Part shown: piece after piece, positions 1 through 9,924 of the stretch
Position numbering within the stretch: the first letter of the stretch is position 1
Layout of the letters: the number at the start of each line of letters is the position of its first letter
Made by a program: the position numbers and the translations under genes
Source: Dysosmobacter segnis
GTDB taxonomy: Bacteria > Bacillota > Clostridia > Lachnospirales > Lachnospiraceae
Reading direction: 5' to 3'
Assembly (NCBI GenBank): GCA_963659325.1
Contig: CAVKTR010000005.1
Span: 2,817 to 66,816 of the forward strand
DNA: 64,000 bases
The notes under the pieces: model-generated
What the model was told of the DNA's origin: nothing
The model's database searches: none
The model's input: only the letters and a program-made list of their open reading frames with translations

Positions 1-2634
1 GTACTGCATCATGATACCGGATTTCAGAAGTTATTGTACCGTGGACTGACCCAGCATGGACGCGGGGCACATGAAATGGAAGAATTTTTGATCGGCTGTG
101 GCAAAAAGAAACGGAGCAGCATTCAGGTGGCGCGCCCTGAGCGGCAGTATAAAGCAGGAGTGAAGATCCAGACGGATTTTCTGGATATTGAAAAAAGTGA
201 ATGGGGTTATATTTTGGTGGAAGCATCCTGCGATGCAGATTTTATCCGCCTGGAAAAACAGCAGATCCGAAGCTATGACTTCATTGGAAAACATGCGGAG
301 CTGTCCTATCAGATTTTACCGGGACAGCTTCACAGTGGAAAAAATTTTGGAAAAATTACGTTAAAGACAGCGTTTCAGACTGTAGAAGTAGAAATCACTG
401 TAACGGCTTCGGAGCGGACGGAGAAGTCAAAGGCATGGAAGAATCGTGAAATCCGTGCGCAGATGGAGCAGTTATATCTGGATTATCGTTGTGAAAAGAC
501 GGATTGTGACAGCTGGAGCGTGGAGATGGAGCAGCTCATCGATCAGGCGGAGGCACTGGATGGAAAAAATGAATGGCTACTGCTGTATCGAATGTATGTT
601 GCGCTTTCCTGTGACCGAAAGGATGAGGCGGAGCTGCTTTCGAAAAAAGTGGCACGTATGATCCAGAACCAGCGGACGCCCCTCAGTGCGTTTTACCTGT
701 ATCTGACGACTATTGGTGAGACGACTTCTTACACCAGGGATGTGACGAAACGAGTACGTGAAATTTATCTGAAATATCCTTCTCACCCGGTACTTGTGTG
801 GATTTTGCTTCACATTGATGAGGCATTGCTGCGTAATCCGGAGCGGAAATACCAGTGGATCCGCAAGTTTATGCTGACGGGAAATACAAGTCCCATTTTT
901 TATGACGAGGCAGCCAGATTACTGGAAAATCATCCGGATCTGTTGTTTCAGTTTGAACCTTTTGAACGTCGGCTGCTTTTCTGGATGATGAAAAACGGGC
1001 GATTGACGGTGAACATCGGTAACCGTTTGTCTGCACTGATGCAGTCCCAAAAAGGCTTTGATACCGTGTATTTCCAATTGCTGTGCCGGAGTTATCGGCT
1101 GGCGGCCGACAACAATGCGGTGAAGATCATCTGTACCTATCTGATCAAATGCAATCGTTATGGAGCGGTATATTTTCCATGGTTCCAGAAAGGGGTAGCA
1201 CAGCATCTGAAGATTGCCGGTCTGTATGAAGCGTATATGCTGTCCTGGAGCAAGACGGATGGTATGCTGCCGGATGAGATTTTGCGGTATTTTTCCAGAA
1301 ACAGTTCCCTTCCGGCCAGAAGAAAAGCGATGCTGTTTGCCTATCTGGTAAGAAATCGCAGTCACCTTGGAAATAGCTGGGAATCCTATCTGGTTCTGCT
1401 TCGAAATTTTGCAAAGCAGGAACTGACGCAGGGACATATGAACGAAGACCTTGCAGTTGTTTATGAAGAAGTGAAAAAGCAGTCCGTGCGTTCCGATTGG
1501 GAGCAGTGGCGTGGTCAGGCGGAAAACAGCTATCGTGTCAGTGTGATTAATGCGGAAATGACAGGCATTCATATTTTGCAGAATGGCATCGAAGAAATCC
1601 AGAAGGTGCCGGTATATGAGAAAGGTACTTATATTAATTTAACGACAAAACCTTTTGTTATTTTGTATGAGAATGCTTCCGGCATGCTTTACACGGCGAA
1701 GGATCAGTTCCATTTGAAAAAAATGATGTCCGGAAAGCATGTATATCAGGAGCGACCGGAGGAAAAAACGGCGGAACCGGAGCGCGCGAATGGAAATGTG
1801 ACATTGTCCCCGAAAGAGCGTCTGGATTGGTTTGCGGCGCCGATCGCTGTACTGGCAGAATGCATTCAGAAGGCAAAGGCGCAGAAAGTGGATGTGGCTC
1901 AGTATGAAGAAAAATTGATGCTGTATATGCTGTTTACCGGTGAATTTGCACCGGGGCATGAGAAAATATATGAAGATCTGCTGGAACAGGAGACGGATGA
2001 GCTGATCTTGCAGTCCTATGCGGTATGGTTTTCCTGGCTGTATATGCGAAAGGAAGCAGAACTGCCGGATGCTGCCAGAACGTATATCGGAGCGCGGATG
2101 GCACGAAAAACCTGCAGGCAGAATGTATGTGCAGCAGCATTTTTGAAAGCGTATGCCAAAGAGGCGGATGAGACGTATGCGCAGCAGGCAGAACAGGTGT
2201 TGAAAAAATTTGTGTTGGAGAATCGCTTTTTTGATTTTTATGATACATTGCCGGAGAAACTGCAGCGAAAATATCTGCTGTATGGTGCCAGAACGATTTG
2301 TTTTGCCGGAACACCGGGGCAGAATCTGCAGGTGGTACGTCTGAACCGGCTGGATGGACACTGCATGTCCGGAACGGCAAAGGAAGTGTTTCCGGGTCTG
2401 TACAGTTATAGCTGCAGGGAACTGCTGCAGGAGCCGGAAACTTATGAGATTCAGACAGCTGATGGCAGCTGTGTGGAGACTGGTGTGTTAGAGCCGGTGG
2501 ACTATGAAAAATGGCAGGATACGAGATTTGGAAGGCTTGGAACGCTTGCGGCCAAACGGGATGCGCAGCTTGATTATCAGTATGCGGAACTGACTGATCT
2601 GGCAGATGCTTTATTTCAGTCCATAGAGGAGTAG
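1..2634 (+). CDS. Large hypothetical protein, DUF5717-like (5'-truncated by window)
   Basis: Frame is open from base 1 to the TAG at 2632-2634. Beta-rich N-terminal part, then long helical region. Sits directly upstream of a DUF5716-like gene, as recalled for Lachnospiraceae. Confidence 0.7.
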   Translation, partial: VLHHDTGFQKLLYRGLTQHGRGAHEMEEFLIGCGKKKRSSIQVARPERQYKAGVKIQTDFLDIEKSEWGYILVEASCDADFIRLEKQQIRSYDFIGKHAELSYQILPGQLHSGKNFGKITLKTAFQTVEVEITVTASERTEKSKAWKNREIRAQMEQLYLDYRCEKTDCDSWSVEMEQLIDQAEALDGKNEWLLLYRMYVALSCDRKDEAELLSKKVARMIQNQRTPLSAFYLYLTTIGETTSYTRDVTKRVREIYLKYPSHPVLVWILLHIDEALLRNPERKYQWIRKFMLTGNTSPIFYDEAARLLENHPDLLFQFEPFERRLLFWMMKNGRLTVNIGNRLSALMQSQKGFDTVYFQLLCRSYRLAADNNAVKIICTYLIKCNRYGAVYFPWFQKGVAQHLKIAGLYEAYMLSWSKTDGMLPDEILRYFSRNSSLPARRKAMLFAYLVRNRSHLGNSWESYLVLLRNFAKQELTQGHMNEDLAVVYEEVKKQSVRSDWEQWRGQAENSYRVSVINAEMTGIHILQNGIEEIQKVPVYEKGTYINLTTKPFVILYENASGMLYTAKDQFHLKKMMSGKHVYQERPEEKTAEPERANGNVTLSPKERLDWFAAPIAVLAECIQKAKAQKVDVAQYEEKLMLYMLFTGEFAPGHEKIYEDLLEQETDELILQSYAVWFSWLYMRKEAELPDAARTYIGARMARKTCRQNVCAAAFLKAYAKEADETYAQQAEQVLKKFVLENRFFDFYDTLPEKLQRKYLLYGARTICFAGTPGQNLQVVRLNRLDGHCMSGTAKEVFPGLYSYSCRELLQEPETYEIQTADGSCVETGVLEPVDYEKWQDTRFGRLGTLAAKRDAQLDYQYAELTDLADALFQSIEE

Positions 2635-2638
2635 AAAC

Positions 2639-3910
2639 GTGAAACCTGGAAAAATATATATTGGAATTGACCTGACAGAGACGTATGCGATGGTCAGCCT
2701 GTTCGGGTCAGGAATGAAGGAACCGGAGACGATTGCTGTTGGTGGGGAAGAACGTTATGGGATTCCATTGGCCATGTATCTGTCCGGTTTGGGAAAAACA
2801 TTTTATGGTGAGGAAGCACTACGCAGACGGGAGAATCCGCAGGGAGAATTTTTTACGGATCTGTATCGGAAGGCACTGGAAGAATTTACGGAAGAAAGTA
2901 CGTTTTATCAGGGCTTGCTGAGACAGTTTTTGCAGCGGCTGATCCGTTTAAAAGACCGCTATGGTTCGGCAGCCAATGCAATGGAAATCTGTCTTGGTCT
3001 TACAGTGCCGGAGATTACGGATGATGTGATCCGCCTGTTTGAACAGATCCGAAAGGAACTGGAATTTTCGGAAGAGAATTTTTTCCTGATGGATCACGCG
3101 GAAAGCTTTTTTGCACACACTTATCATCAGGACAATATGTTGTGGCAGCATGATGTAGTGTTATTTGATTTTACGGAGCATGAGGTCTGTTTTTACCTAC
3201 TGCACCGAAAAGGCGGAAGAAGCCTGCAGATGGTGACGGCGGAGAAAAAGAGCTGGGATGTTCCTGATTATGTAGTGCCGGATTCTCCAGTGCGGGATGA
3301 ATTTTTCGCAAATATTATTCGGGAATCCTTTGCAAACCATATGATCTCGGCGGTTTATTTCGTGGGAGATGGATTTGACGGAAGCTGGCTGAAAGAATCT
3401 CTGCGGGTACTTGGAACAAATAAACGGGTATTCCTTGGAAAAAATCTGTTTACGAAAGGAGCCTGCTATGCGGCTTATCGTTACAGTGACAGCGCAGACT
3501 GGGGATTTTTCTATCAGTGTGATTACAAGACCCAGGGAGAGATTTTCCTGCACATTCAGAAAGAAGGAAGTCCGGCGTTGATTCGTTTGCTGGAAGCAGG
3601 AAGAAACTGGTATTATGAGACACCTGCCTATGAGTTTTTATATGACGGCACACCGGAACTGGTGTTTGAAATCGGTACGATCGGACAGATCAATCATCGC
3701 AAACAGACCTTTGAACTGACGGATCTGCCGCAGCGTCCGGATAAAACGATCCGGCTTCGGATTCAGGCAGTGGCGCAAAATGGCAGACAGATGCAGGTTC
3801 ATATTTCTGATACCGGATTTGGAGCATTTTTTGAACCTACCGGAAAAAAATGGACGGTACCGATGTCTTTTGATACCGACAATGGGAAACATAGTCGTTA
3901 CGGTGCATAG
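2639..3910 (+). CDS. DUF5716-like protein with degenerate Hsp70/actin-like fold
   Basis: N-terminal YIGIDLTETYAMVS resembles the DnaK phosphate-1 motif; VVLFDF and VYFVGDGF resemble later actin-fold motifs; GTG start after GAGGAG. Confidence 0.7.
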   Translation: MKPGKIYIGIDLTETYAMVSLFGSGMKEPETIAVGGEERYGIPLAMYLSGLGKTFYGEEALRRRENPQGEFFTDLYRKALEEFTEESTFYQGLLRQFLQRLIRLKDRYGSAANAMEICLGLTVPEITDDVIRLFEQIRKELEFSEENFFLMDHAESFFAHTYHQDNMLWQHDVVLFDFTEHEVCFYLLHRKGGRSLQMVTAEKKSWDVPDYVVPDSPVRDEFFANIIRESFANHMISAVYFVGDGFDGSWLKESLRVLGTNKRVFLGKNLFTKGACYAAYRYSDSADWGFFYQCDYKTQGEIFLHIQKEGSPALIRLLEAGRNWYYETPAYEFLYDGTPELVFEIGTIGQINHRKQTFELTDLPQRPDKTIRLRIQAVAQNGRQMQVHISDTGFGAFFEPTGKKWTVPMSFDTDNGKHSRYGA

Positions 3911-3931
3911 AGGTTAAGGAGAGAGCAGACA

Positions 3932-4744
3932 ATGGGTGCTTTAAAATTATGTACATATAAAAAAGCGGCGTATCCGCTGTATCTGGAGACGTTATCCGTA
4001 CAGATCGAGACGATGGAAGAATTGTGCTATGCCATGGAATCCAGTCTGTTTTTGCTGGATGAAAGCTGGATGAATAAGGAGCTGTTTGCATGGCTGCAGG
4101 ATGCATTGGATGCGAAAGAACTGGCAGCGCAGGTGCAGCATCTCTATCACAGAAAACGGGATGTGTATGCCTGTGCGGAGCTGATTTTTGCGTCGTCGGG
4201 ATATTATTCCGGCGCAGAACTGAATCATCTGGAGCAGGTGATCGAGCGGATTCGTGGGAAAAATCAGATGGAACGCAGGAAAATGCGGGCGGATTATTTC
4301 CTTTCGAAAAAGCGGTATCGTTATGCGGCCTATGGGTATCTGGAACTGTTGCAGCCGGAATTTATGGCGCAGATGACGGAAGAACTGCAGGGACATATCA
4401 TGCATAATCTGGGAGTGGCATATGCAAGGCTGTTTTTATTTCCGGAGGCGGCAAGAATGTTTTCGGCGGCTTATCAGAAATCCCGGGAAGAGCGGTTAAA
4501 ACTCTGCTATCTGTATGCCATGAATTATATCAATGATGAGGAGCAGATGGAGGAGACGGCACCGGAGATCCATTTTGGTACGATGAAGGAAGCGTTTTCG
4601 CATTTTACGGATGTATCCGATCAGGAACAGTATTATCAGGAGCGCAAAAAGATCTCGGATGCGAACCATGCTTTTAACTGGAAAAGCCGGGAGGCGGAGA
4701 TTCGTACCCGGTGGATACGGGAATATGAGGAAATGTATTCCTGA
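3932..4744 (+). CDS. Hypothetical protein with TPR-like repeat
   Basis: AAGGAG SD upstream; HNLGVAYARLFLFPEAARMFSAAY is a TPR-type helix pair. Confidence 0.65.
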   Translation: MGALKLCTYKKAAYPLYLETLSVQIETMEELCYAMESSLFLLDESWMNKELFAWLQDALDAKELAAQVQHLYHRKRDVYACAELIFASSGYYSGAELNHLEQVIERIRGKNQMERRKMRADYFLSKKRYRYAAYGYLELLQPEFMAQMTEELQGHIMHNLGVAYARLFLFPEAARMFSAAYQKSREERLKLCYLYAMNYINDEEQMEETAPEIHFGTMKEAFSHFTDVSDQEQYYQERKKISDANHAFNWKSREAEIRTRWIREYEEMYS

Positions 4745-4750
4745 AAATTC

Positions 4751-4779
4751 TTTACGAATGCCATTCGTGGTGGTATAAT
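4751..4779 (+). promoter_or_regulatory. Sigma-A promoter of the pan operon
   Basis: TTTACG-17 nt-TATAAT with extended TG at 4771-4772. Confidence 0.7.
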
Positions 4780-4784
4780 GTCGT

Positions 4785-4899
4785 GCGGATGGTATTCCGA
4801 AAGGAAACGATACCTTGTATTTATTATTTTGAAACGGAGCTTGTATTGCTTTTGATGCAAACGAGACTCACTGTCCCGCCATTAAGAAATGGAGGGATG
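4785..4899 (+). ncRNA. Structured 5' leader of the pan operon (candidate pan-type cis-regulatory RNA)
   Basis: Three hairpins at 4791-4814, 4837-4869 and 4872-4899; the last pairs the GGAGGG SD. Confidence 0.5.
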
Positions 4900-4902
4900 C
4901 TT

Positions 4903-5745
4903 ATGAATATTGGATTTATTGGCGCAGGAAAAGTCGGTTTTTCACTGGGAAAATATCTAACCGAGCGCAATGTCAGGGTGACCGGATATTACAGCCGTAA
5001 TCCGCAGTCATCCAGAGAGGCAGCAGATTTTACAAATACCAGACAGTACCTGAATTTGAGACATCTGGTAGAGGACAGTGATGTCCTTTTTGTGGCAATT
5101 CCGGATTCGGCGATTGCCCAAATGTGGGAACAGTTAAAAATGCTTCCGATTCAGAATAAGATTATAAGTCATTTCAGCGGCTCATTGAGTTCCGCTGTCT
5201 TTTCGGATATTGAGCGTTATCACGCTTATGGGTATTCTATCCATCCGTTATTCGCCATTAATGATAAGTATGAATCTTACAAAGTGATCTCACAGGCGTT
5301 TTTTACGATTGAGGGAGATCCGAAATATCTGAACTGGTTTGTACGGCTTTTTGAAAGTTTCGGAAATCCGGTGGAGGTTATTTCAAAAGAAGACAAAGTA
5401 CGTTATCATGCAGCGGCGGCTATGGCCAGCAATCTGTACGTGGGACTAGCAAATATGTGTGAGGAAATGCTGCGGGACTGTGGTTTTTCGGCAGCAAATG
5501 CACATCGCGCATTATCACCGCTGATGATGGGAAATACGGAGAATATCATCCAGTACGGCCCGGTTGGCGCCCTGACAGGCCCGATTGAGCGAAATGACTT
5601 GTCTACGGTTATGGATCATTTACACAGCCTGTCGGCACAGGAGCAGAAAATCTATAAGGATCTGTCTGAAGAAGTGCTGAACGTTGCAAAAATGAAACAT
5701 CCGGAGCGGGATTATTCTGAGATGGAAAGGATTTTAAAATCATGA
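4903..5745 (+). CDS. panG: Rossmann-like/DUF2520 oxidoreductase, probable PanG-type ketopantoate reductase
   Basis: [11 protein letters not shown]ossmann motif, [29 protein letters not shown] overlap with panB; no panE in the operon. Confidence 0.75.
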   Translation: MNIGFIGAGKVGFSLGKYLTERNVRVTGYYSRNPQSSREAADFTNTRQYLNLRHLVEDSDVLFVAIPDSAIAQMWEQLKMLPIQNKIISHFSGSLSSAVFSDIERYHAYGYSIHPLFAINDKYESYKVISQAFFTIEGDPKYLNWFVRLFESFGNPVEVISKEDKVRYHAAAAMASNLYVGLANMCEEMLRDCGFSAANAHRALSPLMMGNTENIIQYGPVGALTGPIERNDLSTVMDHLHSLSAQEQKIYKDLSEEVLNVAKMKHPERDYSEMERILKS

Positions 5746-6569
5746 AAACAACAGTTTCTACGTTGAAAAAACAAAAAGAGAACGGAGAAAAGATCACGAT
5801 GCTCACCTGTTATGACTATTCCATGGCGAAACTCATGGATGAGGCAGGAATTGAGATCTTACTGATCGGTGATTCTCTTGGAAATACCATGCTGGGGTAT
5901 GAAAATACGTTACCGGTTACCATGGAAGACATGATCGCCCATACAGCGGCAGTCAGCAGAGGCGCAAAAAATGCCTTTGTTCTGGCAGATATGCCGTTTA
6001 TGTCTTATCAGACATCTGTCTATGATGCAGTTTTGAATGCAGGACGTCTGATGAAAGAGGGACATGCACATGGAGTAAAACTGGAAGGCGGCGCCAGAGT
6101 GTGCCCTCAGATCGAGGCCATTGTGGCAGCAGATATCCCGGTATGCGCACATATCGGACTGACACCGCAGTCCATCAATGCCTTTGGTGGATTTAAGGTA
6201 CAGGGCAAAAGCGAGGAAGCAGCCCGTCAGCTGGTAGAGGATGCGAAAAAAGTTGAGGCAGCAGGTGCTTCTATGCTTGTAATGGAGTGTGTTCCGGCAA
6301 AACTTGCAGAAGTGATCACAAAGACAGTTTCCATTCCGACCATCGGAATCGGAGCAGGAGCAGGTTGTGACGGACAGGTTCTGGTAAATCAGGATATGCT
6401 TGGCATGTTTTCTGATTTTACACCGAAGTTTGTGAAACGTTTCGCAAATGTGGGTGAGATCATGAAACAGGCGTTTGCAGATTATTCCGCAGAAGTAAAA
6501 GCTGGTACTTTCCCGGCACCGGAACATACATACGCGATTTCAGACGAAGTCATTGAAAAACTGTATTAA
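5742..6569 (+). CDS. panB: 3-methyl-2-oxobutanoate hydroxymethyltransferase
   Basis: [45 protein letters not shown] motifs. Confidence 0.97.
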   Translation: MKTTVSTLKKQKENGEKITMLTCYDYSMAKLMDEAGIEILLIGDSLGNTMLGYENTLPVTMEDMIAHTAAVSRGAKNAFVLADMPFMSYQTSVYDAVLNAGRLMKEGHAHGVKLEGGARVCPQIEAIVAADIPVCAHIGLTPQSINAFGGFKVQGKSEEAARQLVEDAKKVEAAGASMLVMECVPAKLAEVITKTVSIPTIGIGAGAGCDGQVLVNQDMLGMFSDFTPKFVKRFANVGEIMKQAFADYSAEVKAGTFPAPEHTYAISDEVIEKLY

Positions 6570-6664
6570 GAAATGAAATTGACTAACGGTGTTAGTTGAT
6601 TTTGAAAGTTAATGTAAGTATCAACAATATGAAATGAAAAACAAGTATAGAGGAGAATAGAAAA

Positions 6665-7504
6665 ATGCAGGTTGTATCAACAGTAAAAGAAGTAAGAGAT
6701 ATTGTAGCAGGATGGAAAAAAGAAGGAAAGACCGTCGGATTTGTACCGACCATGGGTTATCTTCATGAGGGACACGGCAGTCTGATCAGTAAAGCCGTAG
6801 AGCAGAATGACAAAGCAGTTGTCAGCATTTTTGTCAATCCGATGCAGTTCGGACCGACAGAGGATCTGGAGAGCTATCCGAGAGATCTGGAGAAAGACAG
6901 CAAATTTTGTGAGAGTCTTGGCGCTGACTTGATTTTCCATCCGGAACCGGAAGAAATGTACCATGATGGATTCAGCTCTTTTGTGGACATGACGGTTCTG
7001 ACAGAGGAACTTTGCGGACTGAGCCGTCCGGTTCATTTCCGTGGTGTTTGTACCGTAGTCAGCAAATTATTCAATATCGTTCAGCCGGATCGTGCATATT
7101 TTGGTCAGAAAGATGCACAGCAGCTGGCAGTCATCAAACATATGGTAGATGACCTGAATATGAATGTGGAAGTAATCGGCTGCCCGATCATCCGTGAGGA
7201 AGACGGACTGGCAAAGAGCTCCAGAAATACCTATCTGTCTGCAGAAGAGCGAAAAGCAGCACTTATTTTGAGCAAAACCATCTTTATGGGCCAGAAAATG
7301 GTTGAAGAAGGGGAGACAGATGCGGTAAAATTAGTAGAAGCAATGAAAAAGAACATTGAGACAGAGCCGCTGGCAAAAATTGATTATGTCAAAGCGGTAG
7401 ATGGTCTGACAATGCAGCAGGTAACAGAACTGAAGAGTCCGGCACTGGTTGCTATGGCAGTGTATATTGGAAAAACACGTCTTATTGACAACTTTATGAT
7501 CTAA
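6665..7504 (+). CDS. panC: Pantoate--beta-alanine ligase
   Basis: FVPTMGYLHEGH, FVNPMQF, FGQKDAQQ, LAKSSRN, RLIDN motifs. Confidence 0.97.
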   Translation: MQVVSTVKEVRDIVAGWKKEGKTVGFVPTMGYLHEGHGSLISKAVEQNDKAVVSIFVNPMQFGPTEDLESYPRDLEKDSKFCESLGADLIFHPEPEEMYHDGFSSFVDMTVLTEELCGLSRPVHFRGVCTVVSKLFNIVQPDRAYFGQKDAQQLAVIKHMVDDLNMNVEVIGCPIIREEDGLAKSSRNTYLSAEERKAALILSKTIFMGQKMVEEGETDAVKLVEAMKKNIETEPLAKIDYVKAVDGLTMQQVTELKSPALVAMAVYIGKTRLIDNFMI

Positions 7505-7604
7505 TATCAAATGAAATTGTATAACAACTAGTTGCTATGAAACAGGCAGCTCAAACGGATTGAGAGTATCCGATTTTTGTAAAAGTAGAGAGGAAAAAGT
7601 TTTT

Positions 7605-8012
7605 ATGACCCTTCAGATGTTAAAAGGAAAAATTCACCGTGCAACTGTGGTACAGGCTGCACTTGATTATGTAGGAAGTATCACTGTTGATGAGGATCTT
7701 CTGGATGCTGCAGGTATTCTTGAATACGAGAAAGTTCAGATCGTTAATGTCAATAACGGCGCACGTTTTGAGACATATACGATTGCCGGAGAGCGTGGAA
7801 GCGGAATGATCTGCTTAAACGGTGCAGCAGCACGCTGTGCCTCCGTCAAGGATAAAGTCATCATTATGTCTTATGCGGATATGACGCCGGAGGAAGTAAA
7901 AACACACAAACCATCAGTTGTTTTTGTGGACGAGATCAATCGAATTGACCGGGTGACGAACTATGAGAAACACGGCCAGTTATTCGATAAAGCAAGACTG
8001 GATGAGGAGTAA
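7605..8012 (+). CDS. panD: Aspartate 1-decarboxylase
   Basis: KIHRATV...YVGSITVD (Gly-Ser cleavage site), RFETY, LNGAAAR; start moved to the ATG after GAGAGG. Confidence 0.95.
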   Translation: MTLQMLKGKIHRATVVQAALDYVGSITVDEDLLDAAGILEYEKVQIVNVNNGARFETYTIAGERGSGMICLNGAAARCASVKDKVIIMSYADMTPEEVKTHKPSVVFVDEINRIDRVTNYEKHGQLFDKARLDEE

Positions 8013-8021
8013 AAAGAAATC

Positions 8022-9209
8022 ATGTTAAAAGGAAAAACCGTTGTACTGGGTGTGACAGGAAGTATTGCAGCTTATAAAATTGCATCACTGGCAAGTATGC
8101 TGATCAAACAGCATGCAGATGTGCATGTGATCATGACGCAGAATGCGACAAATTTTATCCATCCGACCGCATTTGAGACATTGACAAGACACAAATGTTT
8201 GGTGGATACGTTTGACCGGAATTTTCAGTTTGATGTTCAGCATGTAAGTCTGGCACAGCTGGCGGATGTGATGATGATCGCACCGGCTTCTGCAAATGTG
8301 ATCGGAAAGCTGGCACATGGAATCGCAGACGATATGTTGACGACCACTGCGATGGCATGCAAAGCACCGATGCTGATCGTGCCGACGATGAATACAAATA
8401 TGTATGAAAATCCGATTCTGCAGGATAATTTAAAAGTACTGGCTTCCTATGGAAAGCAGATCATTGAACCAGCCAGCGGTATGCTTGCCTGCAGAGATGT
8501 GGGAAAAGGAAAGATGCCGGAGCCGGAAGTACTGTTCCAGCATATCATGCGCGTCATCGCCTTTGAAAAAGATCTGGCAGGTAAAAAGGTACTGGTAACT
8601 GCAGGACCGACGCAGGAAGCCATTGATCCGGTGCGTTATATCACAAATCATTCCACCGGAAAAATGGGTTATGCCATTGCGGAAAATGCGATGCTGCGCG
8701 GTGCGGATGTGACATTGGTGACAGGACCTTGTGCGATTGAGCCGCCGATGTTTGTCAAAGTAAAACCGGTGATCTCCGCACAGGATATGTATGAGGCAGT
8801 GACAGAGGAATATGAGCAGACAGATATCGTGATCATGACTGCTGCTGTGGCGGATTATCGTCCGGCACAGGTCAGCACGGAGAAAGTCAAGAAAAAAGAG
8901 GACGATATGTCAATTCCGCTGACACGGACCAAAGACATTTTGGCAACCCTTGGTGCTTCCAAGACACATCAGTTCTTATGCGGTTTTTCCATGGAGACAC
9001 AGAACATGCTGGAAAACTCCAGAAACAAGATTGCAAAGAAAAATCTGGATATGATCGTGGCCAATAATCTGAAAGTGGCAGGCGCCGGATTCGGTACCGA
9101 TACCAATGTGATCACACTGATCGCTAATGATATGGAAAAAGAGCTTCCGCTGATGAGTAAAAAAGAAGCTGCAGGTTGTATTCTGGATATCATTCTTGAG
9201 AGATTGTAG
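8022..9209 (+). CDS. coaBC: Bifunctional phosphopantothenoylcysteine decarboxylase/synthetase
   Basis: GVTGSIAAYK, APASAN, TAGPTQEAIDPVRYITNHSTGKMG, AAVADY motifs. Confidence 0.95.
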   Translation: MLKGKTVVLGVTGSIAAYKIASLASMLIKQHADVHVIMTQNATNFIHPTAFETLTRHKCLVDTFDRNFQFDVQHVSLAQLADVMMIAPASANVIGKLAHGIADDMLTTTAMACKAPMLIVPTMNTNMYENPILQDNLKVLASYGKQIIEPASGMLACRDVGKGKMPEPEVLFQHIMRVIAFEKDLAGKKVLVTAGPTQEAIDPVRYITNHSTGKMGYAIAENAMLRGADVTLVTGPCAIEPPMFVKVKPVISAQDMYEAVTEEYEQTDIVIMTAAVADYRPAQVSTEKVKKKEDDMSIPLTRTKDILATLGASKTHQFLCGFSMETQNMLENSRNKIAKKNLDMIVANNLKVAGAGFGTDTNVITLIANDMEKELPLMSKKEAAGCILDIILERL

Positions 9210-9317
9210 TTTTGAAAGTTGTGCAGATGTGACGGGAGTTTTGCTTGGAAGAGCAGACAGGTCAATCTGTATGTGTAAAAAAGAGAATTTGAAAAAGATA
9301 GAATAAGAAATTGATCA

Positions 9318-9375
9318 ATCCGGAAAATGCATTTTTGATATTTTTTATCATTGATGTGTTTTCCGGATATTTTTT
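9318..9375 (+). terminator. Probable intrinsic terminator after coaBC
   Basis: ATCCGGAAAA...TTTTCCGGAT long stem followed by ATTTTTT. Confidence 0.6.
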
Positions 9376-9377
9376 AC

Positions 9378-9406
9378 TTGAAATATACCCTAAGGGGGTA
9401 TATAAT
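9378..9406 (+). promoter_or_regulatory. csoR-copA promoter with CsoR operator in the spacer
   Basis: TTGAAA-17 nt-TATAAT; the spacer holds ATATACCCTAAGGGGGTATAT, matching the known C-tract/G-tract CsoR box (TACCCnnnGGGGGTA). Confidence 0.85.
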
Positions 9407-9461
9407 AAGCCCGTATTGATCAGAAAGATTGAAATAATAAAAAAGGAAGTGGATAGAATAG

Positions 9462-9791
9462 ATGGAAAAAGAGAAAACTACTCCGGTACAGGAAGAATCC
9501 TGCTGCTGTTGTCATAAGAAAAAAGAACGTGACGCGAAAGAGTATAAGGATCTGATGAACCGGCTCAGCCGCATCGAAGGTCAGGTGCGTGGCGTGAAAG
9601 GTATGCTGGAAAAAGATGCTTACTGTGTGGATATTTTGACGCAGGTGGCAGCGATTAACGCGGCGTTGAACAGTTTTAATAAAGTACTGCTGGCAAATCA
9701 TATCAAAACCTGTGTGGTAGAAAATGTGCGAAATGGTGATGACAGTGTCATTGATGAGCTGGTTACAACGATGCAGAAGTTGATGAAATAA
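9462..9791 (+). CDS. csoR: Copper-sensing repressor CsoR
   Basis: NRLSRIEGQVRG, YCVDILTQVAA, HIKTC (Cys-His-Cys ligands); upstream of a Cu ATPase. Confidence 0.92.
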   Translation: MEKEKTTPVQEESCCCCHKKKERDAKEYKDLMNRLSRIEGQVRGVKGMLEKDAYCVDILTQVAAINAALNSFNKVLLANHIKTCVVENVRNGDDSVIDELVTTMQKLMK

Positions 9792-9924
9792 AGGATTCTG
9801 CTGTATGTGTAATTGATCAGAACTGCATAGATGAAATTCAATTTGTATGATTTGATGTGATTCTGATGAAAGCAAATGGATAAAATCTGCATAAGCAGAG
9901 AAAATAAATGAGGTGAATGATTTT

